Counted from the first letter of the stretch, positions 36,057 to 45,886 are shown. The stretch: DNA of 64,000 nt from Pseudomonadota bacterium (GCA_038040175.1 JBBPIT010000001.1:12161-76160); one strand, 5' to 3'. Program-made: numbers and translations. The notes: generated by a model from the sequence alone, not told the origin.

Positions 36057-37291
36057 CTGACTTCTCCCTCGCCGCCGGCGCGCACACCCGCAAACGCAAG
36101 CGCCGCCATCCAGACGAAGAACAATCCCTCGGTATGATCGATCAGCAGCGAATTGAACAGGCAGCCGATCACGAACGTCAATACCAGACCGCGCGCGAGC
36201 TCCCGTCGCAACAAGTCCGGAATGCGGACGGCAGATCGCCACAGCCATATGAATACTGCCAGCAACGCGGCAAGACCGACGATGCCCATCTCCGCTGCCG
36301 TCATCAGAAATTGGTTATGCGGGTGCGCCGGCTTCTGGGCGGCCGGATCGGTGACGAACGCAGCATAGGCATCCGGGAAGCCGCCGGTGCCCGCGCCGAA
36401 GATGGGGCGTTGCGCGATCATGCGCAACGTGTTCCGGTACCACTCCATGCGCAAGCCGACCGAGGAGGTCGAATCCGCCGCGGATTCGACTTTCGAATGC
36501 TCATACTCTGCAGTCGTCAACACGACGTGATCGCGGAATATCGATGACAAATACCAGGCGGCGATCACCGCGACGGACGCGGCAAGCACCCCGGCGACAA
36601 AGCCGCGCCAGCCGAAATGCCGAGCAAAAAAATAAATCGTCAGCACCAGCAATGCCACCTGCCCGGTCCGGCCATGCACCAAGAACAACACATCGACGAA
36701 CGCGAGAAAGGCCAGCGCATACAACGCCTGCCGTTTCCAGTTCACTGTCTCACCCGCCGCGGCAGTGGCGAACAGGAAGGCCGCGAATGCCATCAGCAGG
36801 TTATGGGTAATGTTCTGCTTGAACACGACGGCATTGCCCGGGTCGCCGTGCAGCCATTGCATCGGTGGAAGCAGGCCCATCGACACCAGCAGCGATAGCA
36901 AAAGCGTGACCACCATCGCCGCGCCGAACGCCATCAATGTACGCCGGCGCGTACATTCGTGAACAAACAGCGGCATCAGCAGGATAACCAGCATCAGGTC
37001 CGAGTACTTCGACAGGTATTTGTGCCGGGTTGCGCCAGGTGCGTCTCCGTATAGCGTGGCGCCGGCAATCAATATGAACAAACCCACTAGCGCGATCACC
37101 GCGGGATTGCGCGGCAGCAAGCGCAACCTCTCCCGAAAATGACCCGCGAGCAGGAAGGCGATCAAAACGATTCCCAGCAGGATGTTGTCCAAAGCCGTGG
37201 AAATAGGCAGCGAAAATCCGATCAGCACGATCGCCCAGACGGCGACCTTCAGCGCAAGATCATTTGAAAAGCGTGGATTGAATATACTCAT
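36053..37291 (-). CDS. O-antigen ligase family membrane protein (WaaL-like)
   Basis: Polytopic membrane protein. Wzy_C-type loop AHPHNQFLMTAAEMGIVGLAALLAVF. Embedded among core GT genes. Confidence 0.7.
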   Translation of the reverse strand: MSIFNPRFSNDLALKVAVWAIVLIGFSLPISTALDNILLGIVLIAFLLAGHFRERLRLLPRNPAVIALVGLFILIAGATLYGDAPGATRHKYLSKYSDLMLVILLMPLFVHECTRRRTLMAFGAAMVVTLLLSLLVSMGLLPPMQWLHGDPGNAVVFKQNITHNLLMAFAAFLFATAAAGETVNWKRQALYALAFLAFVDVLFLVHGRTGQVALLVLTIYFFARHFGWRGFVAGVLAASVAVIAAWYLSSIFRDHVVLTTAEYEHSKVESAADSTSSVGLRMEWYRNTLRMIAQRPIFGAGTGGFPDAYAAFVTDPAAQKPAHPHNQFLMTAAEMGIVGLAALLAVFIWLWRSAVRIPDLLRRELARGLVLTFVIGCLFNSLLIDHTEGLFFVWMAALAFAGVRAGGEGEVR

Positions 37292-38070
37292 TTCCTTGCA
37301 TATGCGATGAGTGATTTGCGCAGAGAGGGCACACTGTCCTTGATCGCAGTTCCGATTGTTTTCAACCGTTCCAATCCTTCGCGATGACGCCGCGACTTCA
37401 GAAAGGAGACTTCGATATCACGAAATCCCGCGGCCGTCAGCAGAACCGCGAGTTCGCGCCGCGTGAACTCGCGGTTGTGGCGCATCGGGTAAAAAGACAT
37501 TCCGTTGTACAGGATGGGCTTGGCGAAAAGGTAGTGCTGCTCATAGTCGTAGGTGATGTTCTTGCCGCGCAGCATCCGGCTGCGATTGCGATAGCTCGCG
37601 ACGTTTGGCACATCCACCTCGAGAATGCCGCCGGGTTTGAGCACCCGATGCATCTCCCGCATCGCGGGCAGGTGCGAATGGGTGAAATGCTCGAGCGCCT
37701 GACAGCAGACCACTGCGTCGAACGAGTTGTCTGGATAGGGAATCGGGTCCACCTCCACGTTGCAGCGTTGGAATCCAATGGGTTTGGCGCCATAAGTGTC
37801 AGGATGCGCCGCTGGCTGGTCCATGACGTCCAGCGCGTGGCACTCATGACCGAACTCCATCAACAGCGACAGCAGCAGCCCGTTTCCCGCGCCGATGTCC
37901 AGTACTCGTTTGGCTTCGCGCAACCGCAAAGCAATGTCGCAAAATCGATCGATACTTCCGCAAAATAAGTCTTCGAGTTCTTCGATGCCGCGCCGGAACA
38001 ATCGACCTTCGGCGCGCAATCGCAGCGCGGCTGCATAGATCTGCTGCTTATTCATGGAATGCCTGTTCAT
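37288..38070 (-). CDS. Class I SAM-dependent methyltransferase
   Basis: VLDIGAGNGLLLSLL ... LKPGGILEV. Confidence 0.7.
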   Translation of the reverse strand: MNRHSMNKQQIYAAALRLRAEGRLFRRGIEELEDLFCGSIDRFCDIALRLREAKRVLDIGAGNGLLLSLLMEFGHECHALDVMDQPAAHPDTYGAKPIGFQRCNVEVDPIPYPDNSFDAVVCCQALEHFTHSHLPAMREMHRVLKPGGILEVDVPNVASYRNRSRMLRGKNITYDYEQHYLFAKPILYNGMSFYPMRHNREFTRRELAVLLTAAGFRDIEVSFLKSRRHREGLERLKTIGTAIKDSVPSLRKSLIAYARK

Positions 38071-38083
38071 GTGATTCGGTAGC

Positions 38084-39955
38084 TCATGCCTGCGCCGAGC
38101 GCCGCGGCTCGCCGCCCGGAGCCGCCGAGTCGCTGCGGTATTCGGGCACCCACTGCTGTAGATCGGCGCGTACCTGGCGATCGTCGCGCGGCGACTGCCC
38201 GAGCCAGTCCAGAAGCTCGTTCAGCCATGCGGGCTCGACGCTGCGCGCGCGCGCGATACGCAATTTCGGGTGCGGCGTGGACAATGTATGCTCCTCGTCG
38301 GCCAGCACTTCCTCGTAGAGTTTTTCGCCGGGACGCAAACCGGTGAAAACGATTTTGACGTCGTCCTCACCCAGGCCCGACAGACGGATCATGTCGCGCG
38401 CCAGATCGACGATGCGCACCGATTCGCCCATGTCGAGCACGAAGATCTCGCCGCCGGTGCCCATGGTGCCGGCCTGCAGCACCAGTTGCGCTGCTTCCGG
38501 AATGGACATGAAGAAGCGAGTGATCTCGGGATGGGTCACCGTAACTGGACCTCCTGCGGCGATCTGTTCGCGGAATTTCGGGATCACGCTGCCGGCGCTG
38601 CCGAGCACGTTGCCAAAGCGAACCATCACGAAGCGCGTGCCCTGCGGACGCTGCAAGGACTGGCAGACCATTTCCGCGAGCCGCTTGCTCGCACCCATGA
38701 CATTGGCCGGATTGACCGCCTTGTCGGTGGAAATCAGAACGAATTTGTCCACGCCGTGGCGCATCGCCTCGGATGCCACAACGTAAGTACCGTAGACGTT
38801 GTTGCGCACCGCTTCCCAGGCGTTTTCCTCCTCCATCAATGGCACGTGTTTGTAGGCCGCGGCGTGGAAGATGACCTGCGGCCGGTATTTTTCCAGCGCC
38901 TGCGCCACGCGTTGCGGATTCTTGGCATCGCCGACCATGCAGGTCACTGTAACGCGCCGAAGCGCGCCGTGAAATTCCTGCTCGACCTGATAGAGCGCGA
39001 ACTCCGACATTTCATACAGCACCAGCCGTGCCGGGTTGTAGCGGGCGATCTGACGGCACAGTTCCGCACCGATGGAACCGCCAGCGCCGGTCACCATGAC
39101 AGTCTTGCCTTCCAGCAACTCCGCCAGTCCGGCGCTATCCAGCGTGACCGGGTCGCGTCCCAGCAGGTCGTCCAGTTCGACCTTGCGGATCTGGGAAACG
39201 GTAACTTTGCCGCTCATCAGGTCATCGAATGACGGCACGGTGAGCACTTTGAGGCCGGCGCCCTGACAGATGCCGATTGCCCGACGACGAACGCCATGCG
39301 ACGCCGACGGCATGGCGATAATCGCGTGCTCGACAGCGAATCGCGCCGCGACCGCGGGCAGGTCGGCGATCCGCCCCAATACCGTGGCGCCGAGGATCTG
39401 CCGGCGATGCGTGGTGTCATCGTCGTCCAGAAGCCCGATCACGCGCCACTCCTTGCTTCCGCCAAGGTCCTTTAACAGGGATACCGCGGCATCGCCCGCG
39501 CCGAGAATGACGACCGGTTTGCCGTACAAGGCTCCAAGCCTGCCGATGGTGCGTTGCTTCCACGCGCGATACAGAAGGCGGCTTCCGCCCATGAAGAACA
39601 GCAGCAGCATCGGATGCAATACATAGACCGAACGCGGCACCACAAAGGCGGGCTGGATCAGTACCACCAGCGCAGGGAAGGCTATCGCCGCGACGCCGAC
39701 TGCGACGACGATCAGGCGCAGGTCGTGGATACTCGCATAGCGCCACAGCCCCCGGTACAGCCCGAACAGCCAGAAACACAGGGCGTCGAGCACCATCACC
39801 CAGCCGACGGTGGTCCACATGACCGGCAGGTACTCCGTCTGGATATCGAAATTGAACCTGAACCAGAAGGCGGCCAGCCATGCCGCACCGGCGGCGGCGA
39901 CATCGTGCAGGAAAGCGAGCGCGGAACGCGGATTCACCCTCGGCAGCTTAGCCAT
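38084..39955 (-). CDS. Membrane-bound nucleotide-sugar 4,6-dehydratase (CapD/WbpM/PglF family)
   Basis: Four N-terminal TM segments and two Rossmann regions (VVILGAGDAA; VTGAGGSIG). 623 aa. Confidence 0.85.
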   Translation of the reverse strand: MAKLPRVNPRSALAFLHDVAAAGAAWLAAFWFRFNFDIQTEYLPVMWTTVGWVMVLDALCFWLFGLYRGLWRYASIHDLRLIVVAVGVAAIAFPALVVLIQPAFVVPRSVYVLHPMLLLFFMGGSRLLYRAWKQRTIGRLGALYGKPVVILGAGDAAVSLLKDLGGSKEWRVIGLLDDDDTTHRRQILGATVLGRIADLPAVAARFAVEHAIIAMPSASHGVRRRAIGICQGAGLKVLTVPSFDDLMSGKVTVSQIRKVELDDLLGRDPVTLDSAGLAELLEGKTVMVTGAGGSIGAELCRQIARYNPARLVLYEMSEFALYQVEQEFHGALRRVTVTCMVGDAKNPQRVAQALEKYRPQVIFHAAAYKHVPLMEEENAWEAVRNNVYGTYVVASEAMRHGVDKFVLISTDKAVNPANVMGASKRLAEMVCQSLQRPQGTRFVMVRFGNVLGSAGSVIPKFREQIAAGGPVTVTHPEITRFFMSIPEAAQLVLQAGTMGTGGEIFVLDMGESVRIVDLARDMIRLSGLGEDDVKIVFTGLRPGEKLYEEVLADEEHTLSTPHPKLRIARARSVEPAWLNELLDWLGQSPRDDRQVRADLQQWVPEYRSDSAAPGGEPRRSAQA

Positions 39956-40931
39956 GAGCCTCCGCGGAGAATCGTTTCCAGCGCCTGTCGATGGCCCACA
40001 TCGCCGCAGCGATGGTCAGTGCGAGCGCGAATATCAGCGCGAACCGTCCCGCCGGCGGCTGCTGCAGACCAGTGAGCGCTGCCGCGCTACACAGGAGCAT
40101 CAAACCATATTCCGACCATGCAGTGCGCCGATGACTCCAGCCGGACAGGATCAATCGCTGGTAGTAATGCTGACGGTGTGCCTCCCAGACACGTTCGCGG
40201 CGCAGCATGCGGCGCGCGAGCGTCATGCTGGCATCGACGATGAACGGTGCGAACACGACCAACGGAAACCACAGCGGCCAGAGCCCCTGCTGCCAGCCGG
40301 CCACGCCGAACGCCCCGGCAAGGAACCCCAGTGGAATCGAGCCGACATCGCCCATGAAAATCTTCGCCGGCGGAAAATTGAAAATCAGAAACCCCGTTGC
40401 CGCAGCCGCGATCGACCAGGCAAGCAGCTCGAGCTCACGGTTCCCTCCGAGCCACGCCGCCAATCCGTAAGTCCCGAAACCGATGACGGCCATTCCACCG
40501 GATAATCCGTCGGCGCCGTCCATGAAGTTGTAGAGGTTCGTTGTCCAGGCGATGGCGAGCAACAGGACGACGAGCAAAGCCGCCCCGGAAGATCCTGCGG
40601 CCAGCCACAGAAAGACGCCTGCGGCGACCAGGTGCATCACCAATCTCACCGCCGCGGGCAGAGCATGACGATCGTCGAAATAGGAAGCAATGGCCAGCGC
40701 GACGGCCGGAACCAGCAGGCTGGGACTGGCACGAAGGCACACGGCGGCCGCAACTATGCCCGTGATAATCGCGATGCCACCGGTGCGCGGCACCGGTGTG
40801 AGGTGCAGCGAGCGTTGGTTCGGCTCATCTAGCGCCAGGCCGCGAGTTCTCAGCAGCACGAACACGGTGGCGGTGGAGACAATTCCGGCGAGCAGCGGGG
40901 CAAGCGTGGACGCGAAGACGCCGGTTTCCAT
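39948..40931 (-). CDS. Polyprenyl-phosphate N-acetylhexosamine-1-phosphate transferase (MraY/WecA/WbpL family)
   Basis: Polytopic membrane protein with NLYNFMDGADGL and FMGDVGS motifs. Confidence 0.8.
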   Translation of the reverse strand: METGVFASTLAPLLAGIVSTATVFVLLRTRGLALDEPNQRSLHLTPVPRTGGIAIITGIVAAAVCLRASPSLLVPAVALAIASYFDDRHALPAAVRLVMHLVAAGVFLWLAAGSSGAALLVVLLLAIAWTTNLYNFMDGADGLSGGMAVIGFGTYGLAAWLGGNRELELLAWSIAAAATGFLIFNFPPAKIFMGDVGSIPLGFLAGAFGVAGWQQGLWPLWFPLVVFAPFIVDASMTLARRMLRRERVWEAHRQHYYQRLILSGWSHRRTAWSEYGLMLLCSAAALTGLQQPPAGRFALIFALALTIAAAMWAIDRRWKRFSAEAHG

Positions 40932-40991
40932 CGTGGCGATTATATAAGAACGACGGTCAATTTCCCCATCCGCAAGAGGATATCCGCCCGC

Positions 40992-41948
40992 TCAGCCGGA
41001 CCGCGCCCGATACCAGGACACGGTCTGTGCCAGACCCTGCTGCAATGAAAACGGCGGTTGCCAGTCGAGCGCAGTTTTGATCGACGATACATCCACCTGC
41101 AGCGATCCGGTCAGCCGCGCAATCTGCTCTGCCCGTCCCGTTAGCAGGCCGGCGCCACGCAGCAGCGCCGGCGAAAACGGAAAGAGCAGCGGTTTCTTTC
41201 CCAGTGCGGCGGCAATCTCCCGTATGAGTTGCGGCGTCGAAACGTCGTGATCATCGCTGACGAAAAACGTGCGATTGGCTGCGGCCGGTTGCGTCAGACA
41301 AGCGCTCAGCGCATGGACCAGATTGCCGACGTAAACAAGACTGCGCAGATTGGAGATCGATGACAAAGGTAACGGTACCCCCGAATCAACTGCACGCAGC
41401 AGGCTGAGGAAATTCGCCTTGACACCGGGGCCGTAGACCAGCGGCGGCCGAAGTACGGTTACCGCCAATCCGGTTACCGCGGCAACCTTCGCCAGCATCT
41501 GCTCCGCCTCCCATTTCGAGAGCGCATACGGGTCCTGTGGATTCGGCGCATCCCGCTCGGAGAAAGGACGCCCCCGGGTGGCTTCGCCGTTCACCTTGGC
41601 GGTGCTGACGAACACGAAACGGGAAACGCCCGCCCGCGCTGCGGCCCGCGCCAGGTTTTCGGTGCCCTGCACGTTGACCCGACGGAACTCCGCGACCGGA
41701 TCGGCGGCGGTTTCCCGCATCACGTGAACCCGCGCCGCGAGATGCGCAACCATGTCCACACCGGAAAGCGCGCGGTCCCAACTGGTGGATGGCCCGATCT
41801 CCTCTACCAGAATGTCGGCGTCCGGGGATATGGCTTCCGACGTGCCTCTGTGCAGCACCCGACGCACCGCCATTCCTTCGGCGGCGAGTCTCGCACACAC
41901 CACGCGGCCCACGAAACCAGTGGCACCCGTAACCAGTACACGATGCAA
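40992..41948 (-). CDS. NAD-dependent nucleotide-sugar epimerase/dehydratase (SDR)
   Basis: MHRVLVTGATGFVGRVV ... YALSKWEAE (YxxxK). Confidence 0.75.
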   Translation of the reverse strand: MHRVLVTGATGFVGRVVCARLAAEGMAVRRVLHRGTSEAISPDADILVEEIGPSTSWDRALSGVDMVAHLAARVHVMRETAADPVAEFRRVNVQGTENLARAAARAGVSRFVFVSTAKVNGEATRGRPFSERDAPNPQDPYALSKWEAEQMLAKVAAVTGLAVTVLRPPLVYGPGVKANFLSLLRAVDSGVPLPLSSISNLRSLVYVGNLVHALSACLTQPAAANRTFFVSDDHDVSTPQLIREIAAALGKKPLLFPFSPALLRGAGLLTGRAEQIARLTGSLQVDVSSIKTALDWQPPFSLQQGLAQTVSWYRARSG

Positions 41949-41967
41949 GGCGCTTTCCCTAGCAGGC

Positions 41968-43095
41968 TCAGCCCGGCTTACGCCAGACCGTTCGATTCAC
42001 GTAATCGGTATAACTGAATATGAGCCGCACCACTTTCTTGGAAACGTTGTCCGCTTCGTAATCCGGCACCGGTCTGAATACGCGCGCGGAATCGGAACGC
42101 TGTCGCATTACGACTCGCGCTGCATCGAGCACATCCTTGCGTTTCAACCCCGACATGACGAGCGTGCCTTCGTCCATGCCCTCCGGCCGCTCGTGAGCCT
42201 GGCGAATGGTGATGGCGGGAAAACCCAGTATCGACGACTCCTCGGTAATGGTCCCGCTGTCCGATAAAACACAGCAGGCGTCCAATTGCAGCTTGACGTA
42301 GTCGAAGAAACCCATGGCTTCCACGAAACGCACGCCTCCATCCGTGTCCGAGATCCCGGTGTCATCCAGCCTTTTACGCGTACGGGGGTGCGTGGAAACG
42401 ACCACAGGAAACCGGTAATGCTCATGCAGACCCTGTAACGTATCCAGAAGATCGCGAAAGTTCTCCGGGTCGTCGACGTTCTCCTCCCTGTGCGCGCTCA
42501 CAAGGAAGTACTTCCCTGCCTCCAGACCGAGGCGGGTGAGAGCATCGCTGCTTTCGATGCCTTTCCGGTGGTAATCGAGGACCTCGCGCATGGGCGAACC
42601 GGTCTTGATGACCAGCTCCGGCCGCAACCCCTCCGCCAGCAGATATCGCCTGGCATGTTCGGTATAGGGCAGATTGACGTCGCTGGCGTGATCCACCAGA
42701 CGGCGGTTGATCTCTTCCGGCACCCGTTCGTCGAAACAGCGATTCCCCGCCTCCATGTGAAACACCGGGATCTTGAGGCGCTTTGCCGATATCACAGAGA
42801 GACAGCTGTTGGTGTCGCCGAGCACCAGCAGCGCATCCGGCGCCTCTGCTCGCAGAACCTCGTAGGAACGGGCGATGATGTTGCCTATCGTCTGGCCAAG
42901 GTCCTCTCCGACCACCTCGAGGAATCGGTCGGGCCGCCGAATGCCCAGTTGGTCGAAAAAGACCTGGTTGAGGGAATAGTCATAGTTCTGTCCGGTGTGC
43001 ACCAGTACGTGTTTGCAGCATGCGTCCAGTTCAGCGATGACCCGCGAAAGTTTGATCACTTCCGGGCGGGTGCCCACTATGGTCAACACTTTCAT
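41968..43095 (-). CDS. Non-hydrolysing UDP-N-acetylglucosamine 2-epimerase family (FnlC/WbvD/Cap5G-like)
   Basis: MKVLTIVGTRPEVIKLSRVIAELD...HTGQNYD. Confidence 0.85.
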   Translation of the reverse strand: MKVLTIVGTRPEVIKLSRVIAELDACCKHVLVHTGQNYDYSLNQVFFDQLGIRRPDRFLEVVGEDLGQTIGNIIARSYEVLRAEAPDALLVLGDTNSCLSVISAKRLKIPVFHMEAGNRCFDERVPEEINRRLVDHASDVNLPYTEHARRYLLAEGLRPELVIKTGSPMREVLDYHRKGIESSDALTRLGLEAGKYFLVSAHREENVDDPENFRDLLDTLQGLHEHYRFPVVVSTHPRTRKRLDDTGISDTDGGVRFVEAMGFFDYVKLQLDACCVLSDSGTITEESSILGFPAITIRQAHERPEGMDEGTLVMSGLKRKDVLDAARVVMRQRSDSARVFRPVPDYEADNVSKKVVRLIFSYTDYVNRTVWRKPG

Positions 43096-44162
43096 CGCAG
43101 CAGCTCTCCGCCGGATACAGCAGTCACCCCTTCCCTCTCCAGCAATCGATGCCGCTCCAGAAGCGCGACGGTTCCGTCCAGATCAAGAACGTTGTCGGCC
43201 GAACTGAATTCCTTGGGCAGTGCATTGCGTTCGGAAGCAGGCTCATCCCGAAGCTCGGGAAGCATCGATTGAATGGCGTAATAGTCGCCGCGCCGGACGC
43301 TGTGATGCACCTCCTCCTCGGAAATCATGATCTCGTGCATTTTCTCGCCGGGACGAATGCCGGTTACCTTGATCGGAACGTCTCGATCGCCGATCAACGC
43401 CCGCGCGATGTTCATCACCGTCGCGGCCGGCGCGTTCGGCACATACGTCTCGCCCCGACGCGCGCCCGCCAACGCCGCAAGGACCGTATCTACCGCCTGG
43501 TCCAGTGACAGCAGGAAGCGGGTCATCTCGGGCACTGTAACGGTCACGGGGCCCTTGTTCCGGATCTGGTCCAGGAACAGCGGAATCACCGATCCGCGCG
43601 AAGCCAGTACGTTTCCGTAACGCACGCAAATGAAACGGGTGCGCGGATTCAGAACATTGGCTGCGACCAGAATGCGTTCCTGAATTGCCTTGCTCATGCC
43701 CATCACGTTGACCGGCTTGCAGGCTTTGTCCGTGCTGATGCCGATCACCGTGTCGACCGGGTAGTCGTTCTCCTCGATCGCCCGCACGATGTTGTAGGCC
43801 CCCAGGCAGTTCGTCATCACGGCTTGCTGGGGAAAGTATTCACAGGTGGGGACCTGCTTGAGCGCCGCGGCATTGACAACGATGTCCGCCCCCCTGATCG
43901 CGGAGCAGATCTCGTCGAAGTTTCGGACGTCGCCGATACGGAACTCCAGGACGTTCAGGAAATTGTTGTATATGACTTCGTCCGTCGTAACTGCCCGGTG
44001 GAGATAGGCTATCCGCATATCGTGCTGCTTTGCCTCGTCCCGGGAAAACACGATCACTTTTTTGGGCGTCCCCATCTCGCCCGTCAACACCCTGTGGACG
44101 AAGGTCTTCCCCATCGATCCCGTCCCACCGGTGACAAGAATGGTCTTTTCCTGAAACAACAT
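43092..44162 (-). CDS. UDP-GlcNAc 4,6-dehydratase/epimerase (CapE/FnlA/WbvB family)
   Basis: KTILVTGGTGSMGKTF...VIVFSRDEAKQHDMR...AAALKQVPTCEYFP...MGMSKAIQE...RYGNVLASRGSVIPLF. Confidence 0.8.
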   Translation of the reverse strand: MLFQEKTILVTGGTGSMGKTFVHRVLTGEMGTPKKVIVFSRDEAKQHDMRIAYLHRAVTTDEVIYNNFLNVLEFRIGDVRNFDEICSAIRGADIVVNAAALKQVPTCEYFPQQAVMTNCLGAYNIVRAIEENDYPVDTVIGISTDKACKPVNVMGMSKAIQERILVAANVLNPRTRFICVRYGNVLASRGSVIPLFLDQIRNKGPVTVTVPEMTRFLLSLDQAVDTVLAALAGARRGETYVPNAPAATVMNIARALIGDRDVPIKVTGIRPGEKMHEIMISEEEVHHSVRRGDYYAIQSMLPELRDEPASERNALPKEFSSADNVLDLDGTVALLERHRLLEREGVTAVSGGELLR

Positions 44163-44165
44163 TTC

Positions 44166-45029
44166 TCAGTCCTTGATAGTCTCGCCCGCCAGTTCGGCGA
44201 TCATCTCGTTCCACTCCGGCGGCCGGTAGTTAAATTCCTTCCTGAAGCGCGACGAATCCAGGCTGCGGTCGCAGACGAACGCATCCTGGGGATCTATCGT
44301 CGTACCCAGGTCCAGAGCCTTGTTCAACTTCACCAGCAGGTCATACTTCGATATCGGCGTGCTGGAGACGTGATACAGGCCGCTTGCCTGCGGACGATCG
44401 ACCAGCAATTTCTCTATAATCCGCGACATCTCCAGTGTGGTAAAGCCGGAAAAAATCGCCCGCCGGTAGCCAAAGATCCTTTTCCCCTGCTGCGAAAGGA
44501 ACCACTCCAGCAACCCGGTTTTGCGCGACAGCTCCGTCCCGATGATCGAGGTTCTCAGCGTAATGCAACCCGCCTCGTTGACCTCGCCAAGCAGCTTGCT
44601 GCGGCCGTACAGATTTTCCGCGTCCGCCGCGTCGCTCTCGCTATAATTTCCCTTGCGCCCCGAGAAGACGCAATCGGTGCTGAGGTGTATGAGCCGCGCC
44701 GCGTTCGCGCGGCAGAGCTGCGCCAGGCGATGCGGAAACAGCGCGTTGACTTCGTTCGAGATATCGAGCAAATGAGCTTCGGGCCGCTGCTTGACGATGC
44801 CGGTGGCGTTGATCACGGCCTCGGGTCGGAAATCAGCGACGACCGCTGCAACACGTCTGGAATCGCGCACGTCCGTTTCGTCGTAGGCGTTTCCCCGGTC
44901 GAACAAGCCGAAGCGCGAATAGTCGCCGAGCCTGCGATGCAGTGTCACGCGCGTTTCGTGGTTCGCGGAAAAATGCCGCAGCAGACGATGCCCCAGCATG
45001 CCGTCGCCGCCGAAGATCAGGACGCGCAT
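44166..45029 (-). CDS. RmlD-like nucleotide-sugar 4-reductase (287 aa)
   Basis: MRVLIFGGDGMLG...LIHLSTDCVFSGRKGNYSESD...YGRSKLLGE. Confidence 0.75.
   Translation of the reverse strand: MRVLIFGGDGMLGHRLLRHFSANHETRVTLHRRLGDYSRFGLFDRGNAYDETDVRDSRRVAAVVADFRPEAVINATGIVKQRPEAHLLDISNEVNALFPHRLAQLCRANAARLIHLSTDCVFSGRKGNYSESDAADAENLYGRSKLLGEVNEAGCITLRTSIIGTELSRKTGLLEWFLSQQGKRIFGYRRAIFSGFTTLEMSRIIEKLLVDRPQASGLYHVSSTPISKYDLLVKLNKALDLGTTIDPQDAFVCDRSLDSSRFRKEFNYRPPEWNEMIAELAGETIKD
44631..44664. repeat. Copy 1 of a 34-bp direct repeat (inside the reductase gene)
   Basis: GTCGCTCTCGCTATAATTTCCCTTGCGCCCCGAG is 33/34 identical to 45887-45920. Confidence 0.9.
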
Positions 45030-45038
45030 AAGATCGTG

Positions 45039-45161
45039 GCCACGGAATCACACGGAAACAGACGAAAAAAGACTTGAATTGGAAACTGTACAACAGCAAC
45101 GATTTCCGTGTGCTTCTGTGGCTGAGGTGGTCTGGTTTTCATTCCGTGTGCTTCCGTCGCC
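45039..45161. repeat. REP-like palindromic cluster (three CACGGAAnCACACGGAA-type units)
   Basis: GCCACGGAATCACACGGAAA (45039-58) pairs imperfectly with TTTCCGTGTGCTTCTGTGGC (45103-22). A third inverted copy ATTCCGTGTGCTTCCGTCGCC lies at 45141-61. Confidence 0.55.
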
Positions 45162-45237
45162 AATGTTGTTCACGGCTTTCCCCTCCCGGCAGGGAACAGC
45201 AGTTGCCCGCTTTTTTGCCGGTCTCTCCGGCGTGGGG

Positions 45238-45570
45238 CTAAACCAGAACAACGTAACGGACACCGTCGTCTTTCGCAGCCTCTTCGATCTCGGCGGCGCT
45301 GCGCCGCAATATCCCGGCGATGTCTGCCGTGGAGCATTTGCCACGCCGAATCCAGACGACCTTGGGAGGGGATCCAAGCAGGATGCCTCACTCGGGAAAA
45401 TCGGCGTCCTTTGAAACGATGGTAAAACCGTTTTCCCGCGCGTATTCCCAGATGCTGGAATCGTCTGCCCGTGCAAGCACCAGCGCTTCGGTATGCGCTG
45501 AGCCCGGGAAAACGTCCTGCAACTCTTTGATGAGGACTGGCGAAAGATTCTGGTCGAAGAGCAGCTTCAA
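45238..45570 (-). pseudogene. DUF5615 (PIN-like) putative toxin interrupted by an in-frame TGA
   Basis: MKLLFDQNLSPVLIKELQDVFPGSAHTEALVLARADDSSIWEYARENGFTIVSKDADFPE*GILLGSPPKVVWIRRGKCSTADIAGILRRSAAEIEEAAKDDGVRYVVLV*. The TGA is at 45388-45390, and family-like sequence continues in the same frame. Confidence 0.65.
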
Positions 45571-45803
45571 GAAGCGACAGCGACCTGGCTACGCTCGCGG
45601 TCGGCGGCGTAACTCAGGCACGCCTGAATATCCTCCCGCGTCAGGTACGGGAAGTCGCGCAGAACGTCATCAACGCTCATTCCCGACGCCAGATACTCGA
45701 GCACGTCGTAAACCGTAATACGCATGCCGCGGATGCACGGCTTACCGGAGCGCTTGCCCGGCTCAACGGTAATGATATCGCGATAATTCACAGTCTTGGA
45801 CAT
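45567..45803 (-). CDS. DUF433 protein (putative antitoxin of the DUF433/DUF5615 pair)
   Basis: ITVEPGKRSGKPCIRGMRITVYDVLEYLASGMSVDDVLRDFPYLTREDIQACLSYA. 4-nt overlap with the downstream gene. Confidence 0.75.
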   Translation of the reverse strand: MSKTVNYRDIITVEPGKRSGKPCIRGMRITVYDVLEYLASGMSVDDVLRDFPYLTREDIQACLSYAADRERSQVAVAS

Positions 45804-45886
45804 TGCGCGCCCATTATATTCCCACCAAATGCCATACGCTATGGAGAGTCCAGACCCCCGTCAGGACCAAAAAAGAGCGGGAACCT

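Noticed and set aside
45388-45390. The in-frame TGA in the DUF5615 gene as selenocysteine or programmed read-through.
   Set aside because: There is no obvious SECIS-like hairpin immediately downstream. The family is not known to contain Sec or Cys at this position. A CGA to TGA nonsense mutation is the simpler explanation.
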